The notes beneath the pieces are model-generated. The model was not told the DNA's origin. It saw only the letters and a program-made list of their open reading frames with translations, and did no database searches. From positions 1 through 64,000 of the forward strand of contig NW_027141363.1 of NCBI RefSeq assembly GCF_036365525.1: a stretch of 64,000 nucleotides of DNA, read 5' to 3'. Below, one piece after another: positions 1 through 12,011 of this stretch. The translations under genes were made by a program, and so were the position numbers. Source of the stretch: Heterodontus francisci. Taxonomy: Eukaryota. Each line of letters opens with the position of its first letter. The stretch's first letter is position 1.

Positions 1-48
1 GTGTGTTCTGCTGCTTATCCATCTTTTGAGTTCATTAATTTGCGACGA

Positions 49-75
49 TCAGTCAAACCTTTTGCTGTAAGACGT
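49..75 (-). CDS. TRBC: TCR beta constant exon 4 (cytoplasmic tail TSYSKRFD*)
   Basis: AG acceptor at 77-76, phase 0, continues exon 3 (..AWKTK); TGA at 51-49. Confidence 0.9.
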   Translation of the reverse strand, partial: TSYSKRFD

Positions 76-1020
76 CTGGTATATGATAAAAAAAAGAGGG
101 CGTTATTATCGTCATGGAATTATGGACTGATACAGAACAGAAGGAGGCCATTCGTCCCGCGTGCCTATACTGGCATTTTGAAAGAGCTGTCCATTTAGTC
201 CCATTTCACAGTTCTTTCCCCTATAGCCCTGAGACTATTCCCTCCCCCACTACCTCAACCCCCTCAAACAAGTATTCATCCAATTCCCTCTTGAAAGTTA
301 CTACTGAATCAGCTTCCACCGCCCTTTCAGCCAGTGCATTCTCAACCACAACAACTCGCTGGCTCAAAATATATTTCTCACCTGCCCCTCTGCTCCCTTG
401 GCTAATCACCTTACAGCTGTGTCCTTGGTTGGGCAATCCTGCTGCCTCTTTGAAGCTGTTACCCCATTCGTTGTCCTATCCAAACCCTTCATCATTGTGC
501 ACACCTCTATTAAATCTCTCCTTAACCTTCCCTGATCCAAGGAGAACAATCCCAACGTCCGTATTCTCCTCACATCACTGAGGTCCCTCAACCCTGATAC
601 CGTTCAAGTAAATCGCCCCTTCACCCTCTCCAATGACTCGACATCAGTGTCCTGACCAGATCATCATGTGCATGAATAATCGAGACGAACCATGCACATG
701 CTCTTTCCTGCTCATGCATTCCTAACCTTGCATATAAAGTCTTGTAAAATCACAATAAGTTCAATTATTTTCCAAGGGAAATTCCAGAACATTGACAATT
801 GTATTCAACTGGATTAAATTGGTTGGTTAGTGTTGTGGGCGCAGGAATGAATGGAAAGTGAATTGGTGTATTCCATCTGCGTGCAACAGGAATGCAAAAC
901 GTGGGCTCGTGAATATCGGATAGTCACTCGTAATTTCAGTCTGGAATTCAGGAGAAACTTCTTTACCCAGTTTCACCATTACAATACCTATGTTAAGAAC
1001 TTCAGTAACTTTAATCTTAC

Positions 1021-1127
1021 CTTAGTTTTCCAAGCAATTGTTGAGATGAAAATTGCATAAAAGATGCTTTTGCAGATGAGGATCAGGTATGTCAGTTTTG
1101 CTGTTGCCATGCTTTGGATTTTCGCCT
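1021..1127 (-). CDS. TRBC: TCR beta constant exon 3 (transmembrane: EAKIQSMATAKLTYLILICKSIFYAIFISTIAWKTK)
   Basis: cag acceptor and gtaag donor; hydrophobic helix with the conserved TM Lys and Tyr residues of TCR beta; phase 1 to 0. Confidence 0.95.
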
Positions 1128-2504
1128 CTGTAAAATAAATGTAACAGAAAATGTTGCAATCTCTGTTCTCTCAAGGCAAGAAATGCTACTGCGTGAAAAT
1201 GTAATGTGTGTCAGTGAAGGAGCCCAATGTAAGGGTCGAGCTGCGAAAGCAGAACTGATCTCCCTTTGACGCAAGGAGCCCTGGGGTATTCCTTACTACA
1301 AATGGAGTTCAGCAATATGGCCGATCTGAATTGGGGCCGCTGTAACTTATGTGTCAGCTATGGCTCACGTATGTATCAGCTCGAGCTGAGTGGGTAACGC
1401 TCTCCTGTCTGAGTCGTACGATTGTGGGTTCAAGACCCAGTCCAAAGACATGAACCCCATAATCCAGACTGACTCTCCCAGTGCCAGTAGACAGCGTGTG
1501 TGCTGCACTGCAACTTTGGAGGAACCTTCTTTGAGATGATGTGTTAAACTAATTTAACCTCTGGGAAGTGGAACTGTCCCTTTTATCTCCACGCCAGATT
1601 CACACTATGAACTCCCAAGGAATTGTACGTTTTAAGACAAGTGTACACAGCTCCCTCCCCTCCCATCCCCAGGCGTCCCCTCTCCCTCATCACAGGGCAA
1701 CATATTTCCCTGAGGTCGTGAACCCAAGAGGACCGTGAGGTTATATCATTCGACTCGGCTGGTCTCGAAATTCCAACGGCCTTTCCCTCCCAGAGGAGTT
1801 TTCTCATAAACTCGTTGTGCATGATAGTATGTATAACTGTAAAACTACAGCTTGGAAATGTTGAAATGAGAATATACATGAAGTGTCTGACACAGTAATA
1901 ATTCCAGAATTATTGGTGAATATTTTTTGAGTCATGGAGTCATTACAGCACAGAAAGAGGTCATTCGGCCCATCGAGTCCATGCAGGATCTCTACAGAGC
2001 AATCCAATCAGTCCAGCTCTCCAATTCCATCTCCATTGCCCTGCAAGTTAATTACCCTCAACAGTACGTCCAGTTTCCTTATGAAATCATTCATTATCTC
2101 CATTTCCACCACCCTCGTAGACAGTGACTTCCAGGTCATTACCACTCGCTGCATAAAACACTTCTGCCTCACATCCCCCCCCGCCCCCCCCCAGTGCATC
2201 TTTTTCCCAAAGCCTGAAAACTGTGACCCCCCCCCCCCCAATCCTTATGCCAGCAACTCATGGGGACAACTTTTCTTTGTCTACCTATTGTCAACCTGTC
2301 ATAATCTTGTACAACTCTGTCAAATAGCCCCTCAATCTCCTGTTCTCCAAGGAGAACAACCCAGGTTCTCCAATGTAACTTTGTAGCTAAAATTCCTCAT
2401 CTCTGGAACCATTGTGGTAAATCTCCTCTGCACCCTCTCAAGGACCTTCACCTCCTTTACAAAGTGTGGAGACCAGATACAGATAGAAGCAGATAGATAT
2501 TCAC

Positions 2505-2525
2505 CTTTACTTATACCGCACATTT
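2505..2525 (-). CDS. TRBC: TCR beta constant exon 2 (hinge EMCGISK, interchain Cys)
   Basis: 21-nt phase 1-1 exon, polypyrimidine-cag acceptor, gtgaat donor, single Cys. Confidence 0.92.
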
Positions 2526-2844
2526 CTGGGAAAAGAAAGAGAAATCAATAAACATTCAGCATCAGAATATTTTATGAAATTACTGTGTAAATGTAGATTA
2601 TCACAATTGAGTCCCGCACTGTAGTCTAATATATTGAGAGTCATTTTAATTGAGTGTTTAACCATATCTTCCCCTTTACACGACAATATTGTTCTATTTC
2701 ATGAATTATTTATTTATTTATTGACTTACTGATACATCTACTTGCTTATTCGTACTTTCATAAGAGCACAGGTGCTATATAAATGCAACTTTTGATTTCT
2801 TTGAAGCTGAAATAAAATGGTATTGGTCTCACTAGTGTGCCTAC

Positions 2845-3195
2845 CTGCTTTGACAGCTAATGTTGAACTGCTTGTTGTCGGCACTGATTCGTTAGTGTAG
2901 AGATCTACTCTGCACTCAACGTTCTTGGACCGAGCCCAATCTAGGGCGTCGAATCTCAGCCGGCTGCTAATGCTGTAAGATGTATTTTCTTTTGATAGGA
3001 TGGCATTGAGATCAGTGTGAATGTTCGTGTCATTGGCATCTTTCTCCTTGCCATCGACAAGCCAGTGGATCTTGATGTTGTCGGGGTAGAAGTCGCTGAC
3101 GAGGCAGACCACAGTGGCTTTTTTCTTTTCTCTAATCTCTTCGGGAGAGGGCTCAAAGACAGTAACTTTGGCAGGCCTAATCGTATCGTTTTCGC
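2845..3195 (-). CDS. TRBC: TCR beta constant exon 1 (C1-set Ig domain)
   Basis: ENDTIRPAKVTVFEPSPEEIREKKKATVVCLVSDFYPDNIKIHW...YSISSRLR...VECRV matches Cbeta hallmarks (FEPS..EI, KATxVCL, FYPD, SSRLR); ttttcctgcag acceptor, gtaggc donor, phase 1-1. Confidence 0.98.
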
Positions 3196-3289
3196 CTGCA
3201 GGAAAAGTAAATGAAGACAATATGGATGAGTATGAAACCCGTCTTGAGAATTTTAAACCACCAAACAATATCAACCTTTCAATTCTAGC

Positions 3290-3341
3290 CAGAGCAGTTA
3301 ATTTTGTGCCAACTCCAGAATAAACCTCTCTGTTTCCCAAA
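3290..3341 (-). pseudogene. TRBJ: J-beta relic GNREVYSGVGTKLTAL (no GT donor, defective RSS)
   Basis: GxGTKLT motif with F replaced by S; G|ctag in place of donor; CAC-starting heptamer but nonamer-like sequence only ~4 bp away. Confidence 0.7.
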
Positions 3342-3554
3342 CACCGATCAGTCATAAAACGTAGAATCAGTTTGCAACCTCGACCTGCTTTTGTACATTT
3401 TAACCCAAAGTGGCAGAAACTGATCATCTGAACCTCTTCGTCATTGAGTGAAGTACAAGTCTGTCTCATTATGAAAGAGTTTCTCCTGTCTATCTGAAAA
3501 GTGTTACCCTGAACTCTGGGCCAGCCTGTTCTCAATAACCAGGCTATCACTCAC

Positions 3555-3600
3555 CATGTCCCATTATCTAGAGCCCTTTCCTATCAGGGAAGTTATGGGG
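3555..3600 (-). pseudogene. Possible highly degenerate J-beta relic (IGKGSR...)
   Basis: GxG-S-R motif at J-like distance from a G|gtgagt donor; frameshifted with stop; no convincing RSS. Confidence 0.3.
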
Positions 3601-3654
3601 AACATTTCTAAAGCTCTGGTTCGGAAACAACTAGAGTTTTGCAGCCACTTCTGA

Positions 3655-4165
3655 TTACCACATTTGAGGAAGGTTGTGAGTGTCCTTGAGAGGGTACAGA
3701 GGATATTTAACAGAATGGTTCCAGGGATGAAGGATTTTAGCTACAAGGTTAGGTTGGAGAAGCTGGGATTGTTCTGCTTGGAGCAAAGGAGATTGAGGGG
3801 AGATTTGATAGAAGTGTCCAAGACTATGACGGATTTGGATAAGGTAGACAAAGAAATGCGTCACCTATTAGTTGTTGGTACAAGGACCAGAAGAGACGGA
3901 TTTCTGGTGCTGTGCAAAAGATGCAGGGGGATGTGAGGAGGGACACTTTTAAGCCACGTGTGGTAATGACCTGGAACTCGCTGCCTACAAGGGTGGTGGA
4001 AGCAGAGACAATGAATGATTTCAGAAGGAAATTGGATGGACACTTGAGGCAAATTAACTTGCAGGGCCACAGGGATAGAGCGAGGGAGTGGGACTGATTG
4101 GATTGCCAGACAGAGAGCTGGCATGGACTCGATGGGCTGAATGGCCCCCCTCTGTGCTGTATTAT
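3655..4165 (+). mobile_element. CR1 LINE 3' fragment; similar copies at ~130-640(-), 1945-2475(-), 4250-5000(-), 8970-9500(+), 13630-14170(-), 22100-22720(+), 33930-34570(+), 43145-43650(-), 48960-49720(-), 55145-55900(-), 63495-63990(+)
   Basis: LERVQR.F..MVPGM..F.Y..RLEKLGLF.LEQRRLRGDLIEV motif and gatgggctgaatggcc terminus; boundaries approximate. Confidence 0.85.
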
Positions 4166-5555
4166 GATTCTAATCCTACTCTTGTCTCTTCCCCCAAATG
4201 TAATATTTAATAATTAGTGCTACCGTAAACTCACACATGAAAGGAGGGGACCATTCGGCCTGTTGTGTGAATTCCAGCTCTTTGGTAGAACTAGCCAATT
4301 AATCCTACTCCCCACCCTGTTCTTCTCACATAACCCAGTAAACTATGTACCTTCAAACTCTCTCTATTTCCCTTTTGAAAGCTACTTTTGAAGTGAAGCT
4401 ACTATTGAATCTGCTTTCAGCACCATGTCAGGCATTACATTCCAAATCACAACAAATCGCTGTTTAAACAAAATATTTCCTCATCCCCCCTTTTTTTTTG
4501 CCAACGACCTTAAATCTGTGTCCTTCTGGTTACCGAACCTCCTACCACTGGAAAAAAAGGTTTCTCCCTTTTAACTCTATCGAAAGCCTTCCTGAGTTTC
4601 AGCACCTCGATTAAAATTTTCCCTGTACCTTCTCTGCTCTAAGGAGAACAATCCCAGCTTCTACAATCCCTTCACGATTTCTGAATTTCCTTAACTCTGG
4701 AACCATTCCAGTCAATCTACTCTGCATTCTCTCTGGGGACTTAACCTGTTTTCCAAAGGGTGGCACCAAAATGGAACACAATGCTGCTACTGAGGCCTAA
4801 ACAGTGTTTTATAAATGTTCATGATAACAGCTTTGCTTTTGCCCTCTGTGCCTCTGTTTACAGAGCCAAAAGGATTCAGTGTGCCTTTTGATAGCCTTTT
4901 GAACCTGCCCTGCCAACTTCATAGATTTATGAACATACATCCCCCTGGTTTCTCTGTTCCTGCACCCAATTTAAAATTGTACCGTTTGAGAAACAATGTA
5001 TTGGCTCAAAGAAAATAAGGGGAGTGTGTCCGAGCCAATATTTATCCCTCATTCAACACTTCACATCCACCATTTCCGGTTATCTGGTCATTTAGTGCAA
5101 TGATGCTTGTGGGATCTTGCTGTGCGCATTTTGGCTGAAATCTTTCCCTACATTACAACAGTGACTACACTCCACAGTCAGTTCTTCAACTCTCAAGCTC
5201 TATGAGCGTAATATTGCGAAAGAAATACCTGAACAGGTTTGGGTTTACAGTCAAGACTCTGTGAGAATTCCATGAATATTAAAATGATAAAATCATTAAC
5301 ACAATGACTGATGCCTAATCTTGTTATATTTCTGTTCTGAATATTGAACCATTGGAGATTTCAGGAGACGTCTCTTCACCCAGAGAATAGTGACAATGTG
5401 GAATTCGCTTTTTCTTTTGACTCGGAGGTAAGAGTGTTACCATTGTGTAACTTCACTGAAATACTTAAACCCAAGCAGCATTTTGAGAACTGGTCTCTTT
5501 CTCAACCAGTTGAGCTGCAATTGACAGATGCAGTTTGACAATGGTGCGTCTTTAC

Positions 5556-5607
5556 CTAGAACTAGTTAGTTTGGTACCTTTGCTGCAATACAAGAAAATG
5601 CCTTGCG
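5556..5607 (-). pseudogene. TRBJ: J-beta pseudogene (YCSKGTKLT, +1 nt, VL)
   Basis: GTKLT and GTTCTAG|gtaaag present; FG mutated to CS; 1-nt insertion; RSS degenerate. Confidence 0.7.
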
Positions 5608-6548
5608 CACGTTGCTGTCCAAAATCTACCTGTTTCCAAAGGGGCTGAACACAAGTTTAATTTTGGTCTTAACAATTGTACTTTTATTGGGACTTCCTCC
5701 CTCTGGGATTCGCCACGCTGTTGTTTGTCTTCAATTAATTTTCCCTTTATATTTTGTCTGCTTTTCCTGGTTACTTGCGAATGTGTCTTTATTTTAAGAA
5801 TAAGTTTACTGAAACAACATTGATCTCCCCTTCGCCTTCTCTGCTCTAAGGAGAACAATCCCAGCTTCTCCCATTTCTAAACACAAGTGAAACCTCCCCA
5901 TGTCTGGTACCATTCTAGTAAACATCTTCTGCACCCTCTCTATGGCCTTGACATCCTTCCTAAAGTGTGTTAGCCACGAATTGGTCACAATACTCAAGGC
6001 GAGGCCTACCTGGTGATTAATAACAACAAAAAAATTGCATTTAACTAGCACCGTTGATGCAGTGAAAAATCACGCCATCAGAGCAACTCAGACAGCAACT
6101 TGATACCGAGTTATCGAAGTAGATATTAGGGACAGGTGACCTGTCAAAGAAGTAGGTTCTAAGATGCTTCTTAAAGAAGGAGAGAGGGAGAGAAGCAGAG
6201 GTGTTTAAGGAGGGAATTCCAGGGTTTAGGGCTCAGGCAGCTGAAGGCACAGCCGCCAATGGTGGGTTCGAGGGAGGGGAGGATGCACAAGAGGCCAGAA
6301 TTGGAGGAGCACAGAGAAATCATCATGGTTTCTTTTAGGTCCAGAGGAAGTTACAGAAATAAGGAGCCACCGCCTCACTGACAGAACTATGCACGAATCC
6401 CGCGTAAATGTCCCCTACACGTGAAATGAATCCTCGTGTTCATCTGCTAAAATCCCTCCCCACAATTAGAGAACTGCATCCGTATAACAACAGCAGACCT
6501 TGGTCCATCCATCATTAACTGAGACCTCTTGTACTGTCAGCTACTCAC

Positions 6549-6599
6549 CCGAAACGCTTAGCTTCGTGCCCCCTCCAGAATACTGTTCATATCCTGAAG
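6549..6599 (-). CDS. TRBJ: J-beta SGYEQYSGGGTKLSVS (Ser replaces J-Phe)
   Basis: 12-RSS caccatg-12-acgaaaact (6600-6627), gtgagt donor, open frame. Confidence 0.88.
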
Positions 6600-7616
6600 C
6601 ACCATGCTGCAACCCTACACGAAAACTAACAAGAGTGTCTCTCCCCTCCAGATGGATGGAGTTGGTGCTGGGGATTTTACATCGAAATTCATTGTAATTG
6701 CAACAATCTAACCAAAGTTCTATATAAGTTTCATGTAACTTCTCTGCTTTGGAATGCTAGCTGATCCCCTGCAAAGGAAGCCCTGTGCTTTGTTTGCTGT
6801 TATTATTGGATATTAGTCAATATTAAAGATGCAGACAAGTACGATGTCGCACTGCATCAGAGGATACCAATTAGAATTAAGCCTTCAGGTTGCTCAATCT
6901 TCTGCGAACACCCAGAGCTTCTTGCTGTTTCACCATAACCCTACATTTGTTAGCCTTCAAGTATGCATCAAATGCATTGTTTGAGCTATTTTCAGGCAGT
7001 GCATTCCACATCACAACAATTGGCTGTGTAAAAGCAAATACTCATCTCCCTCTTTGTTTCTTTTGCCAATCACAAATCTGTTCTCTTTGCTTACCGACCC
7101 TTCTCCCAGCAGAAATGAGTTATTCTTATTTACTCTATTACAAAACATATGATTTTGGACATTTTGAATATGATATTAATTCCCACCTTAACCTTCTCTT
7201 CTCTGAGGAGAACAACCCCAGTTTCTCCAGTATCTCCACACAATTGAAGTCATTCATCCCTGGTACCACACTGGCAAATCTTCTTTAACCTTCTCTGCTC
7301 CAAGGAGAACAATATTCAGCTTTTCCAGTCTCTCTACAAAGCTGAAATCCTTTCTCCCTGGTATCAATCCTCCCACCACCACTTAATCTTCTCTGCTTTA
7401 TCCTACTTGTTTTCAGAATACATCTTGCTGAAATATTGCGAAATAAATATAATAATTATTACGATAATTTGGTAATAAGTGGGGCAACGAGGGAAATCTG
7501 GGTAGCAGGGTCAGACATACAGCACTGTGCAGTTATGTACTGGAGTGCAATGCCATGGGTAAATATACAACTAACTTAATTGACGCACTCAAAACGTTAC
7601 ATTTTTTAAAACTTAC

Positions 7617-7668
7617 CCAACACTGTTAATTTGGAACCGGGGCCAAAATGAAAGTTAGTAGTTACATC
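7617..7668 (-). CDS. TRBJ: J-beta DVTTNFHFGPGSKLTVL
   Basis: cacaatg-12-cagaaaact (7669-7696), gtaagt donor, FGxG. Confidence 0.93.
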
Positions 7669-8274
7669 CACAATGCTACATTCCTATCAGAAAACTAGGA
7701 TTGCCTAACAGTTCCCGTAGACTGCCAATGCAGTAGCTTGTTCCCTATATTTATTTAGTATGCCAAGAAAGCAAGTAGTGAAATTGTTAAACTGTTTGGA
7801 CATTGCCACGTACCTCTCACTTTGAATTCTGATTTGAAATAGTGTTTCATCATAAATGTAAGTCAATTCCTTATGCACTCAATTTAGTTATTTTCTTGAA
7901 GGAAGACTAGGTGAGTTTGCCATTTAGTATCTAATCTTCTACAACCTTGACTAGATCTAGTCTTTGTTTATTACATTCAATCATTTTTGTTGGGTAAGTG
8001 TGTTAAAGGTTATGGGACCAAAGACGGTAGCTGGAGCTAAGATAAAACTCAGCCATGATTTAAGTGAATGGTGTAAGAGGCTCAAGGGATGAATGGTCCT
8101 TTGTGGCTTCTTGTGTTTGATTGGAGTCCTTTCAAAATCGTTGACTCGGGTTTGCATCTGTTATGAACTCGACAGTGGCCCTTCCTGAGTTCAGCCTTTA
8201 AGATAATCACTACTAGTTGAGCCTTGCCTCTCTGCTTTTACATTGGTGAAGATTAATCGCTCGGTTTTACATAC

Positions 8275-8330
8275 CCAGAACTGTTAATCTTGTCCCATCG
8301 CCAAAGCGGAGAGGTGTGCTGTTTCCAGAA
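8275..8330 (-). CDS. TRBJ: J-beta SGNSTPLRFGDGTRLTVL
   Basis: cacagtg-12-attaaaact (8331-8358), gtatgt donor, FGxG. Confidence 0.95.
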
Positions 8331-8887
8331 CACAGTGTTACAAAGCAGTATTAAAACTGCTGGGGACCAATGATTACACGATACTTCATCGAATGCTCTG
8401 ACACCTTTGAACAATTATAATTCAACCAATAGCAATGTGTAGATTTGTCTGTCCTTTTCTCCACCATTCCATTTTAAAGCAGAGAAATTATGGTAAAATT
8501 TGCTTAGACGTTCTTGGAGCTCTGTGCACAGTTCTGGTCTCCATATCCCTCGGTTAGACCACACTTGGATCACTGTGCACAGTTCTCGTCTTCATACATA
8601 TTTACCTATCAGGAAAGACTGAATAGCCATTATGATAGATAAGAGAAGGCTTAGAGGTGACCTGAAAGAGGCGTCTAAGATTATGAAAGGGTTGGGGGGT
8701 TCCAGAGGGTAGACACAGAGAAGTCTGGTAACGTTGTCTTTGAAAAATTGTGCATCTTGGGATACAAATTTACTCAAGTTTTCCAGTATGTGGCCAGGTT
8801 TGTGAGTTTTGGCAGAATTACGAAGCAATGAATGAACACTTAGAGCGAATAAAATTTGAATATTGAGATCTATTCTTGTTTACCTAC

Positions 8888-8936
8888 CTAGAACGTAATC
8901 CCAGAGCCAAAGTAAGAGATCGAGGTCCCAGCTGAA
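8888..8936 (-). pseudogene. TRBJ: J-beta pseudogene SAGTSISYFGSG, then deletion and stop
   Basis: Intact RSS cacaatg-12-tgtaaaact (8937-8964) and donor, but a ~7-nt deletion after FGSG gives TAG in the FGxG frame. Confidence 0.88.
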
Positions 8937-10134
8937 CACAATGTCACAGGCCAGTTGTAAAACTACCAGGGCCCTCAGTTAGGCCTGAGCTGGAGTCTCG
9001 TGCCCAATTCAGGGCACCACACTTTTGGAAGGATGTCAAGGTCTTGGAGAGCGTGCAGAGAGAGATTTACTGGAATGGTCCTAGAAATGAGGGACTCAGT
9101 TATGTGGACAGACTGGAGAAGGTGGGATTGTTCTCCCAGAGAAGGTGAAGGAGAGATTTAATAGTTGATTTCAAAGCCATGAAGGGCTTTGTTAGAATCA
9201 GTAGGGGGAGACTGATTCCACTGGCCGGAGATTTCACAACCAGAGAACATAGATTTAAGGCAATTGGCAAAAGATCCAGATGTTTATTGAGGGGGCCATT
9301 TCTTTACACAACGACTTGTTGTGATATGGAATGCATTACCTGAAAGTGTGATAGATACTGATTGCATATTGAACTTCAAAAAAGAATTGGATCATAGTTC
9401 AAAAAGGCGAAAATTGCAGGGCTGTATAGAAAGAAAAGGGGTGAGGGAGGCGAATTGGAGAACATTTCCCAACAGCCGACTCTAGTAAGATGGGCAGAGT
9501 GGTATTCTTGTGTCCAACATGCATATTTGTCTAATTATTTCCATCAACTGTTTTTTTTAGAAGTCTGTCCCATTATCAACAGTGAGCATTCATTCCAGAA
9601 GATCACTGCTTCAGGACGTTAATCATAACAAGCTGAACAAACTCTGTTTAAGAATGGGATTGAATTTTATACGGATGAAGGCAAAGCACAATCTTCTAAA
9701 ACAAAATCGAAGTGGTCATTTTTATTAATTAGTGTGAGGTTAACAATTTTATGCGGCAACAGCTCAGAATTGTTGACTTAATTTTGGCTGCAAGCCCATA
9801 AAGTATGGATTGACAAAAGTATTAGGGTCATGTCTTTACAGCCATGTCTATCCTGGATTCTACTCCACCCAATAACCCTCCTGAGAAAAGAGCCTGAGGA
9901 ATGTCTCCCAATTCCAAAACAATTCAGCCAATCACAAGAAGGCATTTCCACCATAACATTCTACGTTAGACAACCCAATGCACTTCTCTGTCGGTTTAAT
10001 GTCACACAGCATTTTCTATATTTTTGAAAGGATAATAAGATTGTCGATGTGCTGGTTGATAATTCGAAAATTGGACAGTAATGGGAAACTGCAGAATATG
10101 ATGATAGACTATCCCTTCTTCTTTCTTTTCTTTC

Positions 10135-10635
10135 TTTTGGGCCTACTTATCTCGAGAGACAATGGATACGCGCCTGGAGGTGGTCAGTGGTTTGTGAAGC
10201 AGCACCTGGAGTGGCTATAAAGGCCAATTCTGGAGTGACAGGCTCTTCCACAGGTGCTGCAGAGAAATTTGTTTGTCGGGGCTGTTGCACAGTTGGCTCT
10301 CCCCTTGCGCCTCTGTCTTTTTTCCTGCCAACTACTAAGTCTCTTCGACTCGCCACAATTTAGCCGTGTCTTTATGGCTGCCCGCCAGCTCTGGCGAACG
10401 CTGGCAACTGACTCCCACGACTTGTGATCAATGTCACACGATTTCATGTCGCGTTTGCAGACGTCATTATAGCGGAGACATGGACAGCCAGTGGGTCTGA
10501 TACCAGTGGCGAGCTCGCTGTACAATGTGTCTTTGGGGATCCTGCAATCTTCCATGCGGCTCACATGGCCAAGCCATCTCAAGCGCCGCTGACTCAGTAG
10601 TGTGTATAAGCTGGGAGTGTTGGCCGCTTCAAGGA
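10135..10635 (-). mobile_element. RTE-clade LINE 3' fragment
   Basis: ORF 10184-10582 (RWLGHVSRMED..RIPK..LY..CxxC..HxxxxC) resembles the RTE ORF C-terminus; simple-repeat tail; short copy of the same 3' end at ~58775-58830. Confidence 0.8.
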
Positions 10636-10671
10636 CTAGTTAGACAAACAAAGTCTTTAACATTTACATAC

Positions 10672-10727
10672 CCAAAACTGTGAGCTTGGTCCCTTGGCCA
10701 AAATATAATGGTTCGGTCTTTCCATAA
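10672..10727 (-). CDS. TRBJ: J-beta YGKTEPLYFGQGTKLTVL
   Basis: cacagtg-12-tacaaaact (10728-10755), gtatgt donor. Confidence 0.95.
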
Positions 10728-11397
10728 CACAGTGTTACACTCCCATTACAAAACTATTACCCTCCAGACAACCTATTGCACCAGGAGGCGGCCATTCAGC
10801 CCCTCTATCCTGCTCCTCTATTCAAAGGCTGATCTGTACCTCACTTCATTTACCATTCTGATCTCGATATCCCTCGATAACCTCCCCAAACAAAGTTATT
10901 TCCATCTCAATTTTGTCAGGTCTAATCGCCCTCCAGGATTCACAGCTTTTTGTTGAAGAGGGAGTTCCAGAGATCTTTTACAATCAATTATTATCATGTA
11001 CTTTTACTACGAATTCCTCTGCGAGAGGTGAAATCAGAGGGTTTTCCATCAAAATATCTGATGTTCGACATCCCAGTACGGCTTTAGTTTCACATAAAAA
11101 GCTACAATGAGATTCTTAATATTCCCATTGATAACTAGAATAATGGAGAGTTGTGGGCAATCACAGAATATAACAATAGACCAACAAATGGCTTTATCAA
11201 GTTTGACTATCCCAGTAGATAGTGAATGGAACAATTTAACAATAGTGTTACTCTAAAAGAGAAGCAAATTAATCTCTTTTAAAGGCAGGCTGGAGATTGG
11301 GTCAAATCATTAACTAAACCCTCGCCACTCCCCATTGGAGGCAACATAATAGCAATTAAACTGTAAAATGAATACAATGGTGTAACCGTTCACCTAC

Positions 11398-11450
11398 CGA
11401 AAACTACTAACTTGGTCCCATCGCCAAAAGTATAATCGTAGTTATTTGAG
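11398..11450 (-). CDS. TRBJ: J-beta SNNYDYTFGDGTKLVVF
   Basis: cacagtg-12-gttaaaact (11451-11478), gtaggt donor. Confidence 0.95.
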
Positions 11451-11958
11451 CACAGTGATGCCTGTCAGTGTTAAAACTCCCATCAAGTTAGAAATGCTAA
11501 AATGCACCGTCTTCGAAATGATGTACTCAAATTGTAGATTTACATACTATTAATGTGTGATGTAAAGACAGCGGCAATGCACCCTAGATATTGGACAGGA
11601 GAACAAAAGGTTAGTTATAGGGCCTGGTGGAGGTTACAGAGACAGCGAGATTTGTCGGGATTGGAGGATGTTACAGGGATAAGGAGAGTTATAGAGGCTG
11701 GAGGCGGTTACAGGGATAGGGAGGTTTGTAGGGGCCGGAGGACGTTGCAGGGACAGGGAGACAGCGAGGCCTTGGGGTGAGTTGAAAACAAAGGTGAAAG
11801 ATGTTTAAACCAAGATATTGCAGGTCCGGCTGCCAATATAAATCGGCGAGGTGATCCTGTGACCGAGAACATGATGTATTTTAGAGCATCTAATTTCGTC
11901 TGAGAATCTCAAGGATCCTCATTAACGAAAACAACAAAAGCTTCAGTTCTGTGCTCAC

Positions 11959-12011
11959 CTAAAACAATCAATTTTGTCCCGTCACCGAAGTAATACAGAG
12001 TATTTCCTGTA
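11959..12011 (-). CDS. TRBJ: J-beta TGNTLYYFGDGTKLIVL
   Basis: cacaatg-12-agtataact (12012-12039), gtgagc donor. Confidence 0.93.

Noticed and set aside
1583-1836. Open stretch in C intron 2, in phase with exon 2 after a tttacag acceptor (possible alternative terminal exon)
   Set aside because: No poly(A) signal seen downstream, no recognisable domain; compatible with chance
1880-1912. TATTACTGTGTCAGA-CAC (YYCVR) resembling a VH 3' end inside the C intron
   Set aside because: No upstream V framework, heptamer is cacttca and there is no nonamer at 12 or 23 bp
9860-9960. FGIG-coding stretch with a nearby CAC (possible J relic)
   Set aside because: No TKLTV-like continuation, no donor at the right distance, RSS unconvincing
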